DNA of 64,000 bases, from positions 1 to 64,000 of IMG/VR virus record IMGVR_UViG_3300032243_001028; one strand, written 5' to 3'. The translations under genes were made by a program, and so were the position numbers. How positions within the stretch are numbered: position 1 is the stretch's first letter; every line of letters begins with the position of its first letter. This stretch comes from a virus. Its lineage: Duplodnaviria > Caudoviricetes. Positions 58,901-64,000 of this stretch are shown in pieces. Below the pieces are notes generated by a model that saw only the letters and a program-made list of their open reading frames with translations, was not told the origin of the DNA and made no database searches.

Positions 58901-59741
58901 GTTCTTTAATCAGTATAAAGACTACAAATATGTTAATAGTAATGAAAAATTTCAGGATATTAGAATAGATAGAAATAAGAAACTTATTAAAAATCTAGAA
59001 GAAACTCTTAGTTTTGTTCCTAAGGATATTATTCTAGCTGGAATGGAATATCTAGCTCATACTGGTGGAAAACTTGGAGTTCAAATTTCCGATGCACGTG
59101 CGCAATTTAAACAACACTGGAAAAATAAAAATTTAATAAATTCATTGAGATGGAAAAAAGAGCAGGGTGACGGAGGATTCTTCCGTGGAGACTCGACTGA
59201 TGACTACTTACACGAAGTTTGGCATTTCTTCCAGATGATCAACCATGACATTGCAGCTTTAGAACACGCTTTTTCTTATGACAGAATAAAAACAGCTGAT
59301 AGCAGCAACATTATTCCTTCAATGGAAGTTTATGAAAATTGGATGGAAGAATCTTTTTCTGGAGCAAAAGTGGCAGATCCTTATACTGTGAAAGTATACC
59401 CTCGTGCTACCAGTAAGTTTGCTACTTTTAGTCCTAATAACCACAGTGCTGAAGTTATAACTACTACGATGCAAGATCTATTTACCGATCCCGGTAGATT
59501 CTCTACTCCAAATGGTGTAACCGTGAAAACTGGAAAAGGCAAAAAAACTACTAGATTCAGCGATGCTCGCATGGACATAGCAACTGGCGTTTGGTACACT
59601 GATGCCACTATGACAACTAAAATTGATCCTAAGCTGATCACTGGAATTGAAGGACTAGATCCTTCCAATGACACCGACTGGGATCTAAAAGCTTTTGGAA
59701 TCGGTCTGCTGATGTCACTATTGAACTGGGAGAATAAATAA
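40986..59741 (+). CDS. Giant polyvalent protein 2 (6251 aa): DEDDh exonuclease, three HExxH zincin-like domains, KOW/SH3-like repeats, two ADP-ribosyltransferase-like domains, three GNAT acetyltransferases, ParB/Srx domain
   Basis: YFDFETTG..HSADGDAE (~41920-42520); FHELGH (~43600), AHEIGH (~57650), LHEVWH (~59210); YRG..S[SA]W..GFGCFEE.EVVLL x2 (~51810-52070, ~56350-56610); RRG[IL]ATA x3 (~53100, 53890, 54680); EGNHRVEAA (~55240). Confidence 0.85.
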   Translation: MDFDYLKPIVADGFGDGDGEYTSAERRAEVLTQFRDKYGRWVEMGRGIKAKVRLGKNRGNDAGRTARVIGKFIGATPDGKFARVLVDPSDPNFAGKVLYIKYNNAEEVLATLDPEYLKKRGIQLGKNTEGYEVGDEGIQDEDTLKIEDPTPQDLKDAEADLPDPENYKEEAAKKTATALTGKDLAAGNIVYDQGSDQYGKITNVKTLADGTKQIFIQFQNGRRAIMNVPADHPIQAWIGKNEAKPTPEAAPAQNKEGSSIADLGIDLQSATMDANGARLPTPGAFTGVLQKILAGAKNWKQIAERLKSQTITYFDFETTGISDYDGQGIKNDPIQLGAVQVKNGKVLKRFNVYINPGSKLSQWSSEHLKRDVIDDNGNIVRDENGKPVSTLVTAEWLQDQMSPEEALRQFLEFVGPNPILGGQNVPFDLEILQRMADAAGVKLDIAGTVDSKDLGSLLPTYDPEKGVDGPKQLNTATGKYRASSSLGPLANFLGFEPANWHSADGDAEDSFNLVNAILDHAIKNDNNDMRLMNFPEMQKLYQERMAAFKNAISGNNPVTEKQLEALHGLAESDNQEIAAEAKKAIDEATTRGKAAEVLARLNTNKDRTNNTPNQFRIGGGGGGELGEGNGVPNKKELEFLAKLKSGGYFLKKKFTKKPKQYIPVGYDRIDSWERYPSWYKDMYESAGNLDDFVKLFWKALRESRKGTRLEDPEGRTDINEKEYAIAAATYKNLQGIGEKVILRYGEFTIEFDKQSDINGQLLDELKGYLDTARKLGFKLPVRIKIAKQGDPAFTPGEVIGFDKDHPELGCLTGEAHTEPDGTMHLILWDQLHNLDKADKRRLFKGINEQGQEEYYGQNPGGFVPALQHVFFHELGHLWNREKHGKMVNSPLWGDLKKMFWGTDAKPFKRFAVTPNADLDPKINPNAFDERMAELFAAALIAFHNREHPVLANIGQFWKVAIEPYIKGEPIHWTANSERVNPPKKEGKGKGKIPTTTPRGGKARTPDVKKPEDVKPGDIVYDKDGNLHGKVVVIRQDRHGNWHYWVEGKDYKPGDVFPVGLDEYVVHKNGIIYVTKAGANFVPDEGPDFIYPLPEKLDSSNSDGVKAEDLKPGMVYESPDGPANVVNVFEHGIGVPDVKKSSDRVVVYVGKDGEVKHEVVPVGTFKKVLTSSKSNVPAPTPENENQGGEGNGNGNGNDRGGEGNGGGRGGRGGNAPEPVSEEPESRSGASKSDIENLKAVLEQAIGIGKRFGPDEDLEQRAQMISDEADELVKEIIKLDIKDYPGLIKHLKDNLPVISEGMYSDKTKQVLDEVKEFLDPGYRKRQYDALDRIKELLKERIEAVDTRGEKTDVVRGLIDDILRPYLNDKAGLNYEELLDLLDKNLKPGEIKHVQKREGISFRGNWDEVVKAVQDIIDANLGKKESAKPTKQKEYLDANGKPIKVGDLVDVIDEYGQKKTIRIYKKTTYGTEYVGGKRRHPTEYSEGYVIEGGDIVNVVTGKRYRINDSVLSPKNGSAEDKKFREKVRDEILDSVLSKMFSDFFKKHRKENPNMDKEDVRKLAKKDVATAVEEFKKLGIYDYDIFNGELNDFTSHMFWTKAEDGSYTGVREYNNVEDAVAAAKEYIDQKNARPTEEKEKESTKSPEPEVTREDPIGKGKIDPKGYAEKGYVPMVHPKPEFPAETDEKKLIEKGFEIEEQDNRDKPSQNREEDSEEGEEGALPPEDTSKFAAGKKVVILWHNKDFSAPGARIKITFTRKADGSLDKRFTQIQWKHWDGTLSGDEYGPSEVLNIGDSESEIFRMEFKHTVGALARRNEEYNDGELPGTVPHYFKKVGDDYIWRAVKDPKTGKWKAARDQKIDLEKKPPFGAVISNKDGKWTATILDPKGNVVATFEVDGDENDKSALENLINQSYVELAKRYRSINAPAAAPTQTARPAGRATDEHNFPLPDDVKIWRIRDDSMTRYAIGFEEGVDELGEHYIRMPKDSRFAATLSYIEGQGHWYVKLHDVNRFSDDERGIKIIPLPETYKTIKGDINDPKAWEEALKEARKFISDAIARNGGKNVRYGYEHRPIESLDDVRVNDYIIFRTSYPPSINYADTDHPEENISGIIGKVLSIGKDKDGNRVFKIQKRDGKIKNIKDKDLDYVGGAVRFSDDDPNINVSTTEIVKKRLAKRQMRELRFSIGMDIEEDPNNSEDSLERIYKAIEDKIGPDLIENHKFIPGLSKALSKKMYDKSNTKGYLTEEEIYDITDNFIKNYSDENKSKATPVQPTENQQPATEETTPTTESKEITGEHNFPLPDDVQMFPAGVGEPYAKYVINGEGFQHEADYPDVRVKDGLRYGVEIYYEEAIEPNSYNKKGRVAGWRVSLLNNKWREDMSRSRLIDYRISEIPGNINDPEAWKKAVEEARKMLANAIAENGGNNNPYTSEYIPLESLDQIQSGDYLMYGGHFPPNTRWKGTKSEETSPNFYAQVVSVKTDENGNRIFEIKEPNRAQGGYYDNVFVNDEEFLDKFGGITGLARYSDENSNVKPAAEPVAETKVEEEPKELTEEERQANIDAWTEVGQLYRKYLAAKRGKNMKREAKRLKQELSPYPAVMLHEKLSDYKDILNNTRNSSTDENEKKAIAKRIAELVDAMKQLNILVNKGVKEGAGKPTDPLDFNFDNLFRDIEVEDGISESDVEEAAEEPEVVEEPAAEPTEEPKKNVIETAGGVLDFEGLSPMQLGKIKAHLDKKVRWNGEVMTYRELYTKFAIGRHKSQNLKDVNYVKGESVKSWGPIKYFLFVDENGGMIDVPKMIYDAFKPNSDDPKLDSDATAPVQEAKMAERQKKWDEEDKAKAEAEAAKPIEEKPEEPVEAEPEKPAAVPITPVETPKDLGPTQITKDTGKQYLAEKIDVGWTLYGPDGYALGVVVKKDTLGRVVQLTVRGPNGKESTYNFNMLTKLYAFSPKDKKDIEKANKTKPATEPEAKEKSEEQPKSEPEVEEQPGEELPDKISREDGYRLFEALKKVYDFIHRSKKTEDPDAAKKDANDKVNQLAKILNPEDVDDFIRYVDLETAFRKIMSSRDFLDNFEEYINNYSSGNGAEVNPIHRGADGKIINKGDDLVVVDKDGNLKKIRLQIFKKPNPRALSDKTDFIEWGYQLRLDGNKNPEIVNINDSKESYSLDNVFHTQDESEIRKIISNRDKVSPEAPTAPEAVENAAYNGNLEDDLSAFKNVLENAIENFRNQPGADKNVYKAAAKELYNELKKLNSLYEDSATSGNDLEQIRNVYDDKIRDLGDIQSAKEKSNPNQNRENFVKDLRGLQEGLIDDFEAERDLGIMGSYSPYNVLSYSDEDKAILLKKATAARLLQYMPDVSFEGLFDSVVANYTRKIFPFGGCEAAIHVKSTVYTNNAPYIGGEGLAYKFDGTEVKNSADMVRLLDTDMSNLVEGSRIIGSYIRFSSELPEVVVTTITKELLDRVKNVKGSNSSSNILDFMKNEMNFKVYSSSSNQDMDDLKEILIAHLIRSWAITSNDSGYKSHALQRLAARMFAMDSSKTAGWLYAAGHDQIDIDSHILKGNIPADINTVDKLEQYASDLVDEEISRHFDIYSKFIMGMYNSTQDLLKDIGIDGVVVYRGSQDQELIAPDGTPIKRNTRVNNLMSARAKQRPMSSWSTSIRTASQFAGGLSPIIMGKIVPAEKVIAMPGTGFGCFEENEVVLLGGDLDEVLYGVPGNIDLNAFKNSSAMNPPKQIQALDPSTGLAGILPPKPTFPTSQNRERDLPIVEVDNSEENSDWIKQSGWDLTTNVDDFLKMFTSRDQLSDFMTKPTAQGMPEEMLRNLWPAADKHFEKIESAPKEEESKYLPEPFDPRDKKADLDEYYNYDYTKMPDGTPFNSDQQQQMDAIAKRLENILKNNDEDANSFAVKNLKNFRRTLYQQIIAKPTKGSSTTRDSILKQVEFSDKPAVKYFDEARGLTYTRYVDKFTDKYGRKYYIVTNIDESSGRQTVVAYDQKNFEGMPLPEDYVRKDQPVSGINDVGGLDSYIFRDPSVSEIQSVMVTDRYQRRGIATALVAVLEKRLGLPVVHSDNLSSMGFAFSNSMDPGKPDLHTNEKSIELQSDNAPSQNREGFFKRNKAKKEPFDPTDPTIDLEKFYNYDYTQMPDGTPFNIYQQQQMDILKDAIDNEPDDFERKLRIAERRRIYQGYTAKPNLKSGTNLESIKDQVRLLDDNTSRMNYSGAGKPYADLPSEYKQSTQYIDEFTDKYGRQYWVVTKVVNGLGMSNVKLYDKSKNSLQDLQDNSEDRTPVSSLDVFNNKISMVYTSDRYVRRGLATAALHLARERSGKEVQHSEMLTSFGRAFSLSVDPNPDLHRNDESKVTLSNNQPSQNRENQYPPEPFDPNDRTLDLDTIYNYDYTKLPDGTPFNAKQQKAMDHENKILEEAIASGDEAKIRAAKIARRYTYNTFITVANPDSKTTTETIADQITPGKAKPKKFTGFVRYTDNFTDKYGRKYVIFTDIRTDDKGDNSAMVTVHDMKSMFLEKIFVPEGMENVDQFGGKSLHIASLKVNDDDRKDPNAAAYIGMVLTDDAYRRRGLATAMLYLARKHYSKPVNHSSTLTMYGKAFSNSVDAGKPDVHDSLESKQLQIDLLKEKGLPVKESELDGDEIDYGPNQNRENIEEPTILNEYREVIPLNNSYRDKNDPDLDLTQWVTGGTKIYGIGNGGNPLGYVRTEKLATMKGNLADMESSTSSIAHDLEDGTGYLEPVLVWYNPLTGRAFIAEGNHRVEAARIAGREYVPVVVGVSTVDFKNPTTMERSGGVGDVVLNKDGSLENFKNAKDGSLINPYHLFNDEDLLYPRINLDPKDVPGFTDVLKIQSDLLNELMAENEETGLNEIATWYDPDAFDIDSSIGHMGGASEQLKEITAKNIGSNMLSSPKDILGALDHAISISQVVRSRLSYLDSQKMALKALDSKSDNLNENSIILFIDDSEHSPYEGLHIETLREVLDSMDPYDEELYGNPYDEETIDYKTLFDDYYANKNKKPIFFDNPEDIEAFKEKAASILVAQWAETSNGSDMLSHALQIAAAETFKMPAGSWSPWKVQSKNAQYTKDILENAEYYYGIHSSVLKDFLKTMYDLTQDRFKNYGIKYLTLYRGTGVDEEALKIDTGIEYNGIGDVEILQRPMSAWAWLHGDAFNFATSRLQERAGMFMGTIIPVEQVLSIPGTGFGCFEEAEVVLLAGKNRLVRAVTSDFSNPTLDQKTFIAENASKVISYLLDQLPKDKNAFDNLIEFNKGTPNTAGPSQNREIPSINVDDSVENSDWVISEFAKKKKLDAKENELPEGSGQTNPVEEPISLNELHRTFITALLAGAGDQRTRPLPDAKPEWLAADVETDNLTMAEKNAIYTWYMNVVKGDGASSDNLSINAQVYLTKHIIPLINRHAEDDMLLPHHDIYINKDNNVTIKVVRFIINPTKKNGKTNVNTEYRAATAAGVAKFANKLSDVLSRVKFKFPVKELQVIISHPSIEDYFKPFTRDDGTRGRNLAGLSFPHMFVNGQILNEEDVKPNPKLTENPRADATELESTIAHEIGHVLQQKGIINFNDQATKDTLRRFMTEYPLSDYAATDEAEYLAEAYAGMMISEDGIGRHKEVADWINDQIATVDERKEKAAIDLLKGMLEKLGIPNNSKPSQNREGSREQIIASAAKDIASSGIGFTPGKIKNDISIAIDGPVVQIEGFPKKDAVAPSDQATAIKNEIIGLGHMILDDARTISDEQARAEGLIPEGFDAEEYRKKLENDARALELEISKGDSKFRAMAQDLMRNAFNRLSYEDKEEVFQSLKQEAAKELSGKDVNVFSAEETFNMLLVEYGDDLSHKLAYDYATPHSEFIFDTGKTVLQRVRSKKTLRLTKDVEEVRALIDVTGAHEGGETILSLLTKWAIRTGKIDTSDLAKKAAEIKEVRDRLRASPKAEDFTNKYHSIIGKNIKSQMEKSGVEFDSIPAHQFFNQYKDYKYVNSNEKFQDIRIDRNKKLIKNLEETLSFVPKDIILAGMEYLAHTGGKLGVQISDARAQFKQHWKNKNLINSLRWKKEQGDGGFFRGDSTDDYLHEVWHFFQMINHDIAALEHAFSYDRIKTADSSNIIPSMEVYENWMEESFSGAKVADPYTVKVYPRATSKFATFSPNNHSAEVITTTMQDLFTDPGRFSTPNGVTVKTGKGKKTTRFSDARMDIATGVWYTDATMTTKIDPKLITGIEGLDPSNDTDWDLKAFGIGLLMSLLNWENK

Positions 59742-59743
59742 TA

Positions 59744-60118
59744 ATGGATGAAGAACTAGAATATCCGTATGATGACTGGTCTGAGATTTGGAATTTTATT
59801 ATAGAAGGAGTAGAACTTACTTGGATTCCTAGATCTCCCTACCTTAAAGGGGATGGGTCAGATGATGGGTATCACATAATTTCTCAAATAGAGCAGTTTA
59901 TAGACTCTATAAGATCTAAGCCAGATGGAACTTTTCTTATTCCCCCCTCCGGACCAGCCTTACTTAAAAGTATAAGTTCAGCTTACACAGTTCTTTTTGC
60001 TATAGCTTCTATATATGGATTAGATCCAAAAATAGTATCTTTTTCTGATAATGCCCCTAAGTGGTCGGATCTAGATCCAAAAGATAGTGAAGATGAAAAA
60101 GACTCTTCAGTCAATTAA
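59744..60118 (+). CDS. Acidic hypothetical protein (immunity-like position)
   Basis: 124 aa, starts 2 nt after the giant 2 stop. Confidence 0.65.
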   Translation: MDEELEYPYDDWSEIWNFIIEGVELTWIPRSPYLKGDGSDDGYHIISQIEQFIDSIRSKPDGTFLIPPSGPALLKSISSAYTVLFAIASIYGLDPKIVSFSDNAPKWSDLDPKDSEDEKDSSVN

Positions 60119-60153
60119 TAGATTATAATAATATTTGGAATAGAAGGTAACTA

Positions 60154-60348
60154 ATGAGTATTGATAATATTGTGCAGATATCTGTGGATACATTTGATCC
60201 TAAAGATAAACCTAAGACTATCTACATCAATTTAAATACGGCAACCCTAGAGGAGCTTAAGCCTTACATTGGGATAGATGATCGAATTAGAGATGCTTAT
60301 GGCAAAAAGTTCATTGAAGAAATGAACAGGAAAAAAGACACTAAATAA
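60154..60348 (+). CDS. Small hypothetical protein
   Basis: GAAGG SD. Confidence 0.6.
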   Translation: MSIDNIVQISVDTFDPKDKPKTIYINLNTATLEELKPYIGIDDRIRDAYGKKFIEEMNRKKDTK

Positions 60349-60431
60349 TAGTACTGATAGAATAGTACTGCGTATAAGCGTTATATTTGCCTACGCTGAC
60401 GTTACCATCCATTATGGAGGATTTTACTTAG

Positions 60432-63400
60432 ATGTTTGAATCGGAAAACACCCCCACATTCTCTGGTAGGGACGGGTCATTGGCTCTATTTACCTACGAG
60501 AACCGCGGTGTTGTAATTGATACAGATGTCAATCTCGTAGTACAAACTGGCTCCTCGGATAGCATTTCATCTTTTAAAGACTGGCAGCTATCTTCTGAAG
60601 AATTTTCTTCAAATGTCCTAGAGCTAGTGAGCGGAGCTTTTTCTGATCTTAATATGAAGATCTTGGCTTCTGCTAACAGACTTTATACTATCCCTAAAGG
60701 TGCTCAGGCTGAAGCTAAAAAAGCTCTTGACTGGCATAAAGAACATCACCGTGGCGGAACTCCAGTTGGTTTAAATACTGCTCGAATCCTAGCTAGAGGT
60801 GGACAGATAGGCCTACATAAGGTTCGTCATATTGCAAAATACTTTCCCCGTCACGAAGTGGATAAAAGGGGTAAAGGCTGGAAGCCAGGCGAAGATAACT
60901 TTCCAAGCAACGGAAGAATTGCGTGGGCCCTGTGGGGTGGAGACACTGCTTGGAGCTGGGCACGAGCTATTGTTGAGCGTGAAAATAAAGCCTTAACTGC
61001 TGATGGCTACACCGAGTCTGAATATACTTCATATCTTCCAGAACGTGATTATGACGCAGATCTAGAAGATTTTACTAAATCAGTTTATCTAGATCCATCT
61101 ACAGCTCCAGACTTTATTGCCAGAGTTCGAATGGATGGCTCGGGAATTGATCGTTTGTATAAGATTGACTCTAATGGAGATGTCTATGTCTGGGATGATG
61201 GCCAATGGGATGATCTTGGAAATGTAAATGGACTTATCTGGGACTACGATGCAGAACTTGATGCTGATTATGATGAAACAAGTAAAACCCACATCTCTAT
61301 TGACCCCGACTCAGCTATTATTATATCAGCTAGATTGCAGCAAAATCCATATAAATGCGTATCTGTCTCTGACATTGATGCCGATGAAGCAATGCTTGCA
61401 TCAGAGGCTTACCAAGAACTTGATTTAGTTACAATTGACAGATCTCTAACGGCTGCCGGTGAAGATCCTATTGGATCTGATGGGTATACTCCAGACGAAC
61501 GTGCCCAAAATGCCGAACGTCAATCCAGAGATTATGGAGGCAAATTTGCTCCTCAGGGAGGAAATGCTCCAACCGCAACTGCCCAGGGAGCTAAGGCTAT
61601 TGCAGATAGAGGTAAATACAAAACTCCACCTCTAGGAGATTTTTCTCATCCTCTAGATACTTCAGGTATTCTTGGACGTCCACGCTCGCCAATCGATAAG
61701 CCTCAAGCTCACATCAAGGGTGATCTTCCTGCAATGACCTCTAATGATTTACACAATCTACTCTACGATTGGTCTGGCTGGGTGGACTCTCAGCGTGCTG
61801 CAGCTGGCGAAGGCCCTGCTCACGGTATTCAAAGCTCTGCTGCCGAGCCAGAAGAGACTAGTGATGTAGAGTCTTATGATCACCCACTTCTACAAAAGTG
61901 GATTAAATCTGTAAATGAACCTAAAAAAACTCAATCGGAAAACGAAGATAATTCCTGGGCTAAACCTGTAGTTGCTGCTACTGAAGTTGCACCTAAGGAA
62001 AAAGGCGTAGAGATGACTCCAAAGACATCTGACGTCAAGCCTATTTATCTTGCTGTAGTAGCTCAGGATGACCCGCGTGCAGTTTTAAATCTAGTAGCTA
62101 TTGTTCCAGAAAGCTCTACATCACCTAAGCCTATGACTTACATTCGTAAAGAAGGTAAATGGGTTCGTGATCCTAGTGTTCTAAATGATTTTAAATCAGC
62201 AACTCCTCCTCCTGTAGTTCCTTTAGACAAGTCAACTTTAAATGATGTCTTACTTCAAGTAGATGAATCATCTAAACCAGTGACTGCTTCACTACTTTTT
62301 GATGTTGATCTCCTACTTACTGTTCTTTGGGGACCTAACCCTATAGTATCTGCTGGTGGACTAGATCGTAATAAAGGCAAAGCTGAAGAGCTTCGTCACT
62401 ATTGGACCCGCGGTAAAGGCGGTCTAAAAATTCGCTGGGGTACAGCAGGAGACTGGACTCGTTGCGTACGTCATTTAGGTAAGTATCTAGGTCCACGTGC
62501 TAAAGGTTATTGCGCTCTACGTCACAAGGAAATGACCGGCATGTGGACAGGCGATAAAAAGCATCGTCAAATGTACGGTCATAAGCGTGGCGGAAGAAAC
62601 GTTTTTAGTACAGAACTTATTGAATCTACTGACAATATTATTGTTAAATCGGAAGTTGCAGCTAGAGCAGCTGATGCAAAGTTTAGGGTTGGACTTGTTG
62701 CCGCTTCCGGACTCATTACCGAAGGTTTTAAGTTTAAGATTCCTCTAGTTATTCCAGAGGAGCTTGAGTCTGGCGATGGTAGATGCTTTGTTAAAGGTGC
62801 TTTGACTATTCGTGAACTACCTCTCCCACTATTATGGCAAATGAAAACCGCTGAAGGTCACATGGGGTCCGTAGTTGTTGGTCGTATCGATCACATGGAA
62901 CGTACCTCTCAAGGTATTGGAAATGCCTATGGTGTTTTTGATACTGGTGAGTTTGGTAAAGAAGCTCAAAGGCTTGTTGAAAATGGATTTATAAAAGGTG
63001 TATCAGCTGATCTAGATCAGTTTGAAGCAAAAGAGATCAAACCTGAAGCCTCTGAAGGTGAAGAAGATCTAGGAAAGAGCAAACTTTCTATAAATAAAGC
63101 ACGCGTAATGGCTGTTACAATTGTACCTAAGCCAGCATTTCAAGAATGCAAAATACTCGTTGAAACCCCAACAAACATCCAACAGGAGGATACTATGATT
63201 GCCGACGGCATCTATCAGGATGACTCGGACGCTGCAAATGTTCAAGCACTAATTGCTTGCGGCATTATTGCCGGTGCGATCCCAGTCGTTCCGCCTACTG
63301 AATGGTTTAACAACCCGAATCTAACTAAGGCTACTCCTATTACTGTTGATGACAATGGTAGAGTGTTTGGCCATATTGCGGCTTGGAATGTTGATCACAT

Positions 63401-64000
63401 CGGTCTGGCATTTGGAACAAAACCACCCCGCAGCAAGAGTGGATATGCTTACTTCCACACTGGAGTAGTCAGAACCGATTCAGGCAAAGATGTTCCAGTT
63501 GGACAGCTTACCCTTGCTGGCGGACATGCTTCTCTAGAAGCAAGTGCATCTGAAGCAGTTAAACACTATGACGATACCGCATCTGCAATCGCAGATGTAC
63601 ACGCTGGCGAAGATGCTTATGGCATCTGGGTAGCTGGTGGGTTACGTCCTAGCGCACAGCCAGAACAGATTCGTGCACTTCGTGCTTCAGCTCCTTCAGG
63701 TGACTGGAGACCTATTCGTGGTGCCCTAGAGCTTGTTGCTGTTTGTCAAGTAAACGTACCGGGATTCCCTATTGCTCGTGCTCGTGTAGCTTCCGGTGCT
63801 GTTATGGCTTTGGTTGCAGCAGGTGCTTTGCCTTTGGCTAGAATGAAAGCAGATCCAACTGCTGACCTTAGTGCTCGCATCGAGAGACTACAGAATCTAA
63901 ACTTCATTCAATCAACTAAATCAGCGTCTACTTCTAATGAAGATTTTGCAGCAAAGATTGCAGAACTTTCAGCTAGAGTTCGTGATGGTGAGCTAACCTA
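60432..64000 (+). CDS. Capsid maturation (prohead) protease polyprotein, 3' partial (>1189 aa; absent from ORF track because there is no stop in the window)
   Basis: GGAGG SD and ATG 60432, frame open to the window end; GRIAWALWGG domain; LRHYW..GKGG.KIRWGT.GDWTRC domain; HK97-type protease (ESGDGR, LPLPL, GH, GVSADLD ~62750-63150); second protease-like domain (GRVFGHIA.W, GGHA, SGDWR, VNVPGFP). Confidence 0.85.
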   Translation, partial: MFESENTPTFSGRDGSLALFTYENRGVVIDTDVNLVVQTGSSDSISSFKDWQLSSEEFSSNVLELVSGAFSDLNMKILASANRLYTIPKGAQAEAKKALDWHKEHHRGGTPVGLNTARILARGGQIGLHKVRHIAKYFPRHEVDKRGKGWKPGEDNFPSNGRIAWALWGGDTAWSWARAIVERENKALTADGYTESEYTSYLPERDYDADLEDFTKSVYLDPSTAPDFIARVRMDGSGIDRLYKIDSNGDVYVWDDGQWDDLGNVNGLIWDYDAELDADYDETSKTHISIDPDSAIIISARLQQNPYKCVSVSDIDADEAMLASEAYQELDLVTIDRSLTAAGEDPIGSDGYTPDERAQNAERQSRDYGGKFAPQGGNAPTATAQGAKAIADRGKYKTPPLGDFSHPLDTSGILGRPRSPIDKPQAHIKGDLPAMTSNDLHNLLYDWSGWVDSQRAAAGEGPAHGIQSSAAEPEETSDVESYDHPLLQKWIKSVNEPKKTQSENEDNSWAKPVVAATEVAPKEKGVEMTPKTSDVKPIYLAVVAQDDPRAVLNLVAIVPESSTSPKPMTYIRKEGKWVRDPSVLNDFKSATPPPVVPLDKSTLNDVLLQVDESSKPVTASLLFDVDLLLTVLWGPNPIVSAGGLDRNKGKAEELRHYWTRGKGGLKIRWGTAGDWTRCVRHLGKYLGPRAKGYCALRHKEMTGMWTGDKKHRQMYGHKRGGRNVFSTELIESTDNIIVKSEVAARAADAKFRVGLVAASGLITEGFKFKIPLVIPEELESGDGRCFVKGALTIRELPLPLLWQMKTAEGHMGSVVVGRIDHMERTSQGIGNAYGVFDTGEFGKEAQRLVENGFIKGVSADLDQFEAKEIKPEASEGEEDLGKSKLSINKARVMAVTIVPKPAFQECKILVETPTNIQQEDTMIADGIYQDDSDAANVQALIACGIIAGAIPVVPPTEWFNNPNLTKATPITVDDNGRVFGHIAAWNVDHIGLAFGTKPPRSKSGYAYFHTGVVRTDSGKDVPVGQLTLAGGHASLEASASEAVKHYDDTASAIADVHAGEDAYGIWVAGGLRPSAQPEQIRALRASAPSGDWRPIRGALELVAVCQVNVPGFPIARARVASGAVMALVAAGALPLARMKADPTADLSARIERLQNLNFIQSTKSASTSNEDFAAKIAELSARVRDGELT

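Noticed and set aside
30846-59741. Short antisense or alternate-frame ORFs inside the giant genes (e.g. 31898..32320, 45582..46097, 54120..54584)
   Set aside because: These are shadows of long, codon-biased + strand genes, with no RBS or recognisable motifs.
22998-59741. Inteins, introns or a diversity-generating retroelement explaining gene size
   Set aside because: I recognised no intein splice motifs, homing endonuclease, reverse transcriptase or TR/VR pair; the terminase is of normal length.
1-64000. tRNA or rRNA genes and stop-codon reassignment
   Set aside because: No cloverleaf with T-loop/D-loop consensus was recognised in intergenic gaps; genes are intact under the standard code and TAA, TAG and TGA all serve as stops.

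Overview
This is a 64-kb segment of a large tailed phage of Actinobacteria. The SSB, the ClgR-like HTH, leaderless starts and an actinobacterial SOS box suggest a Microbacteriaceae-like host. Layout: (i) 1-739, the end of a CHAP/peptidoglycan-binding gene; (ii) ~780-19960, an early/host-takeover region of about 50 small + strand genes (MoxR AAA + vWA, DUF1281, HTHs, SSB, DUF3846, prepilin peptidase) organised as promoter-hairpin-gene-terminator cassettes; (iii) FkbM methyltransferase, NlpC/P60, membrane and PG-binding genes, then the large terminase; (iv) four - strand cassettes around a simple-repeat tract (24400-26450); (v) a head module: HTH, DUF1360, portal, a Dps-ferritin fusion, two giant polyvalent proteins (3234 and 6251 aa) and a prohead-protease polyprotein that runs off the window end. 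The strongest candidate novel system is that both giant proteins are punctuated in inter-domain linkers by a recurring peptide, PSQNRE (9 exact and 6 near copies, synonymously encoded). A second motif, [LIV][TV]A-[ASGD], and a shared domain link portal, Dps fusion, giants and protease. Together these look like virion-packaged effector polyproteins with a two-signal processing code. The early region has its own layer of signals: a 28-nt covarying RNA pseudoknot (x7), hairpins with anti-ribosome-binding-site loops, helically phased GACACGC boxes, near-total avoidance of many 4-bp palindromes (apparently forcing an ATT start codon), and motif-dense islands at both borders (AAACTTCCAACG; 28 CCWGG sites in about 1 kb). 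All motif counts were made by eye and all family assignments come from motif recognition, not database searches.
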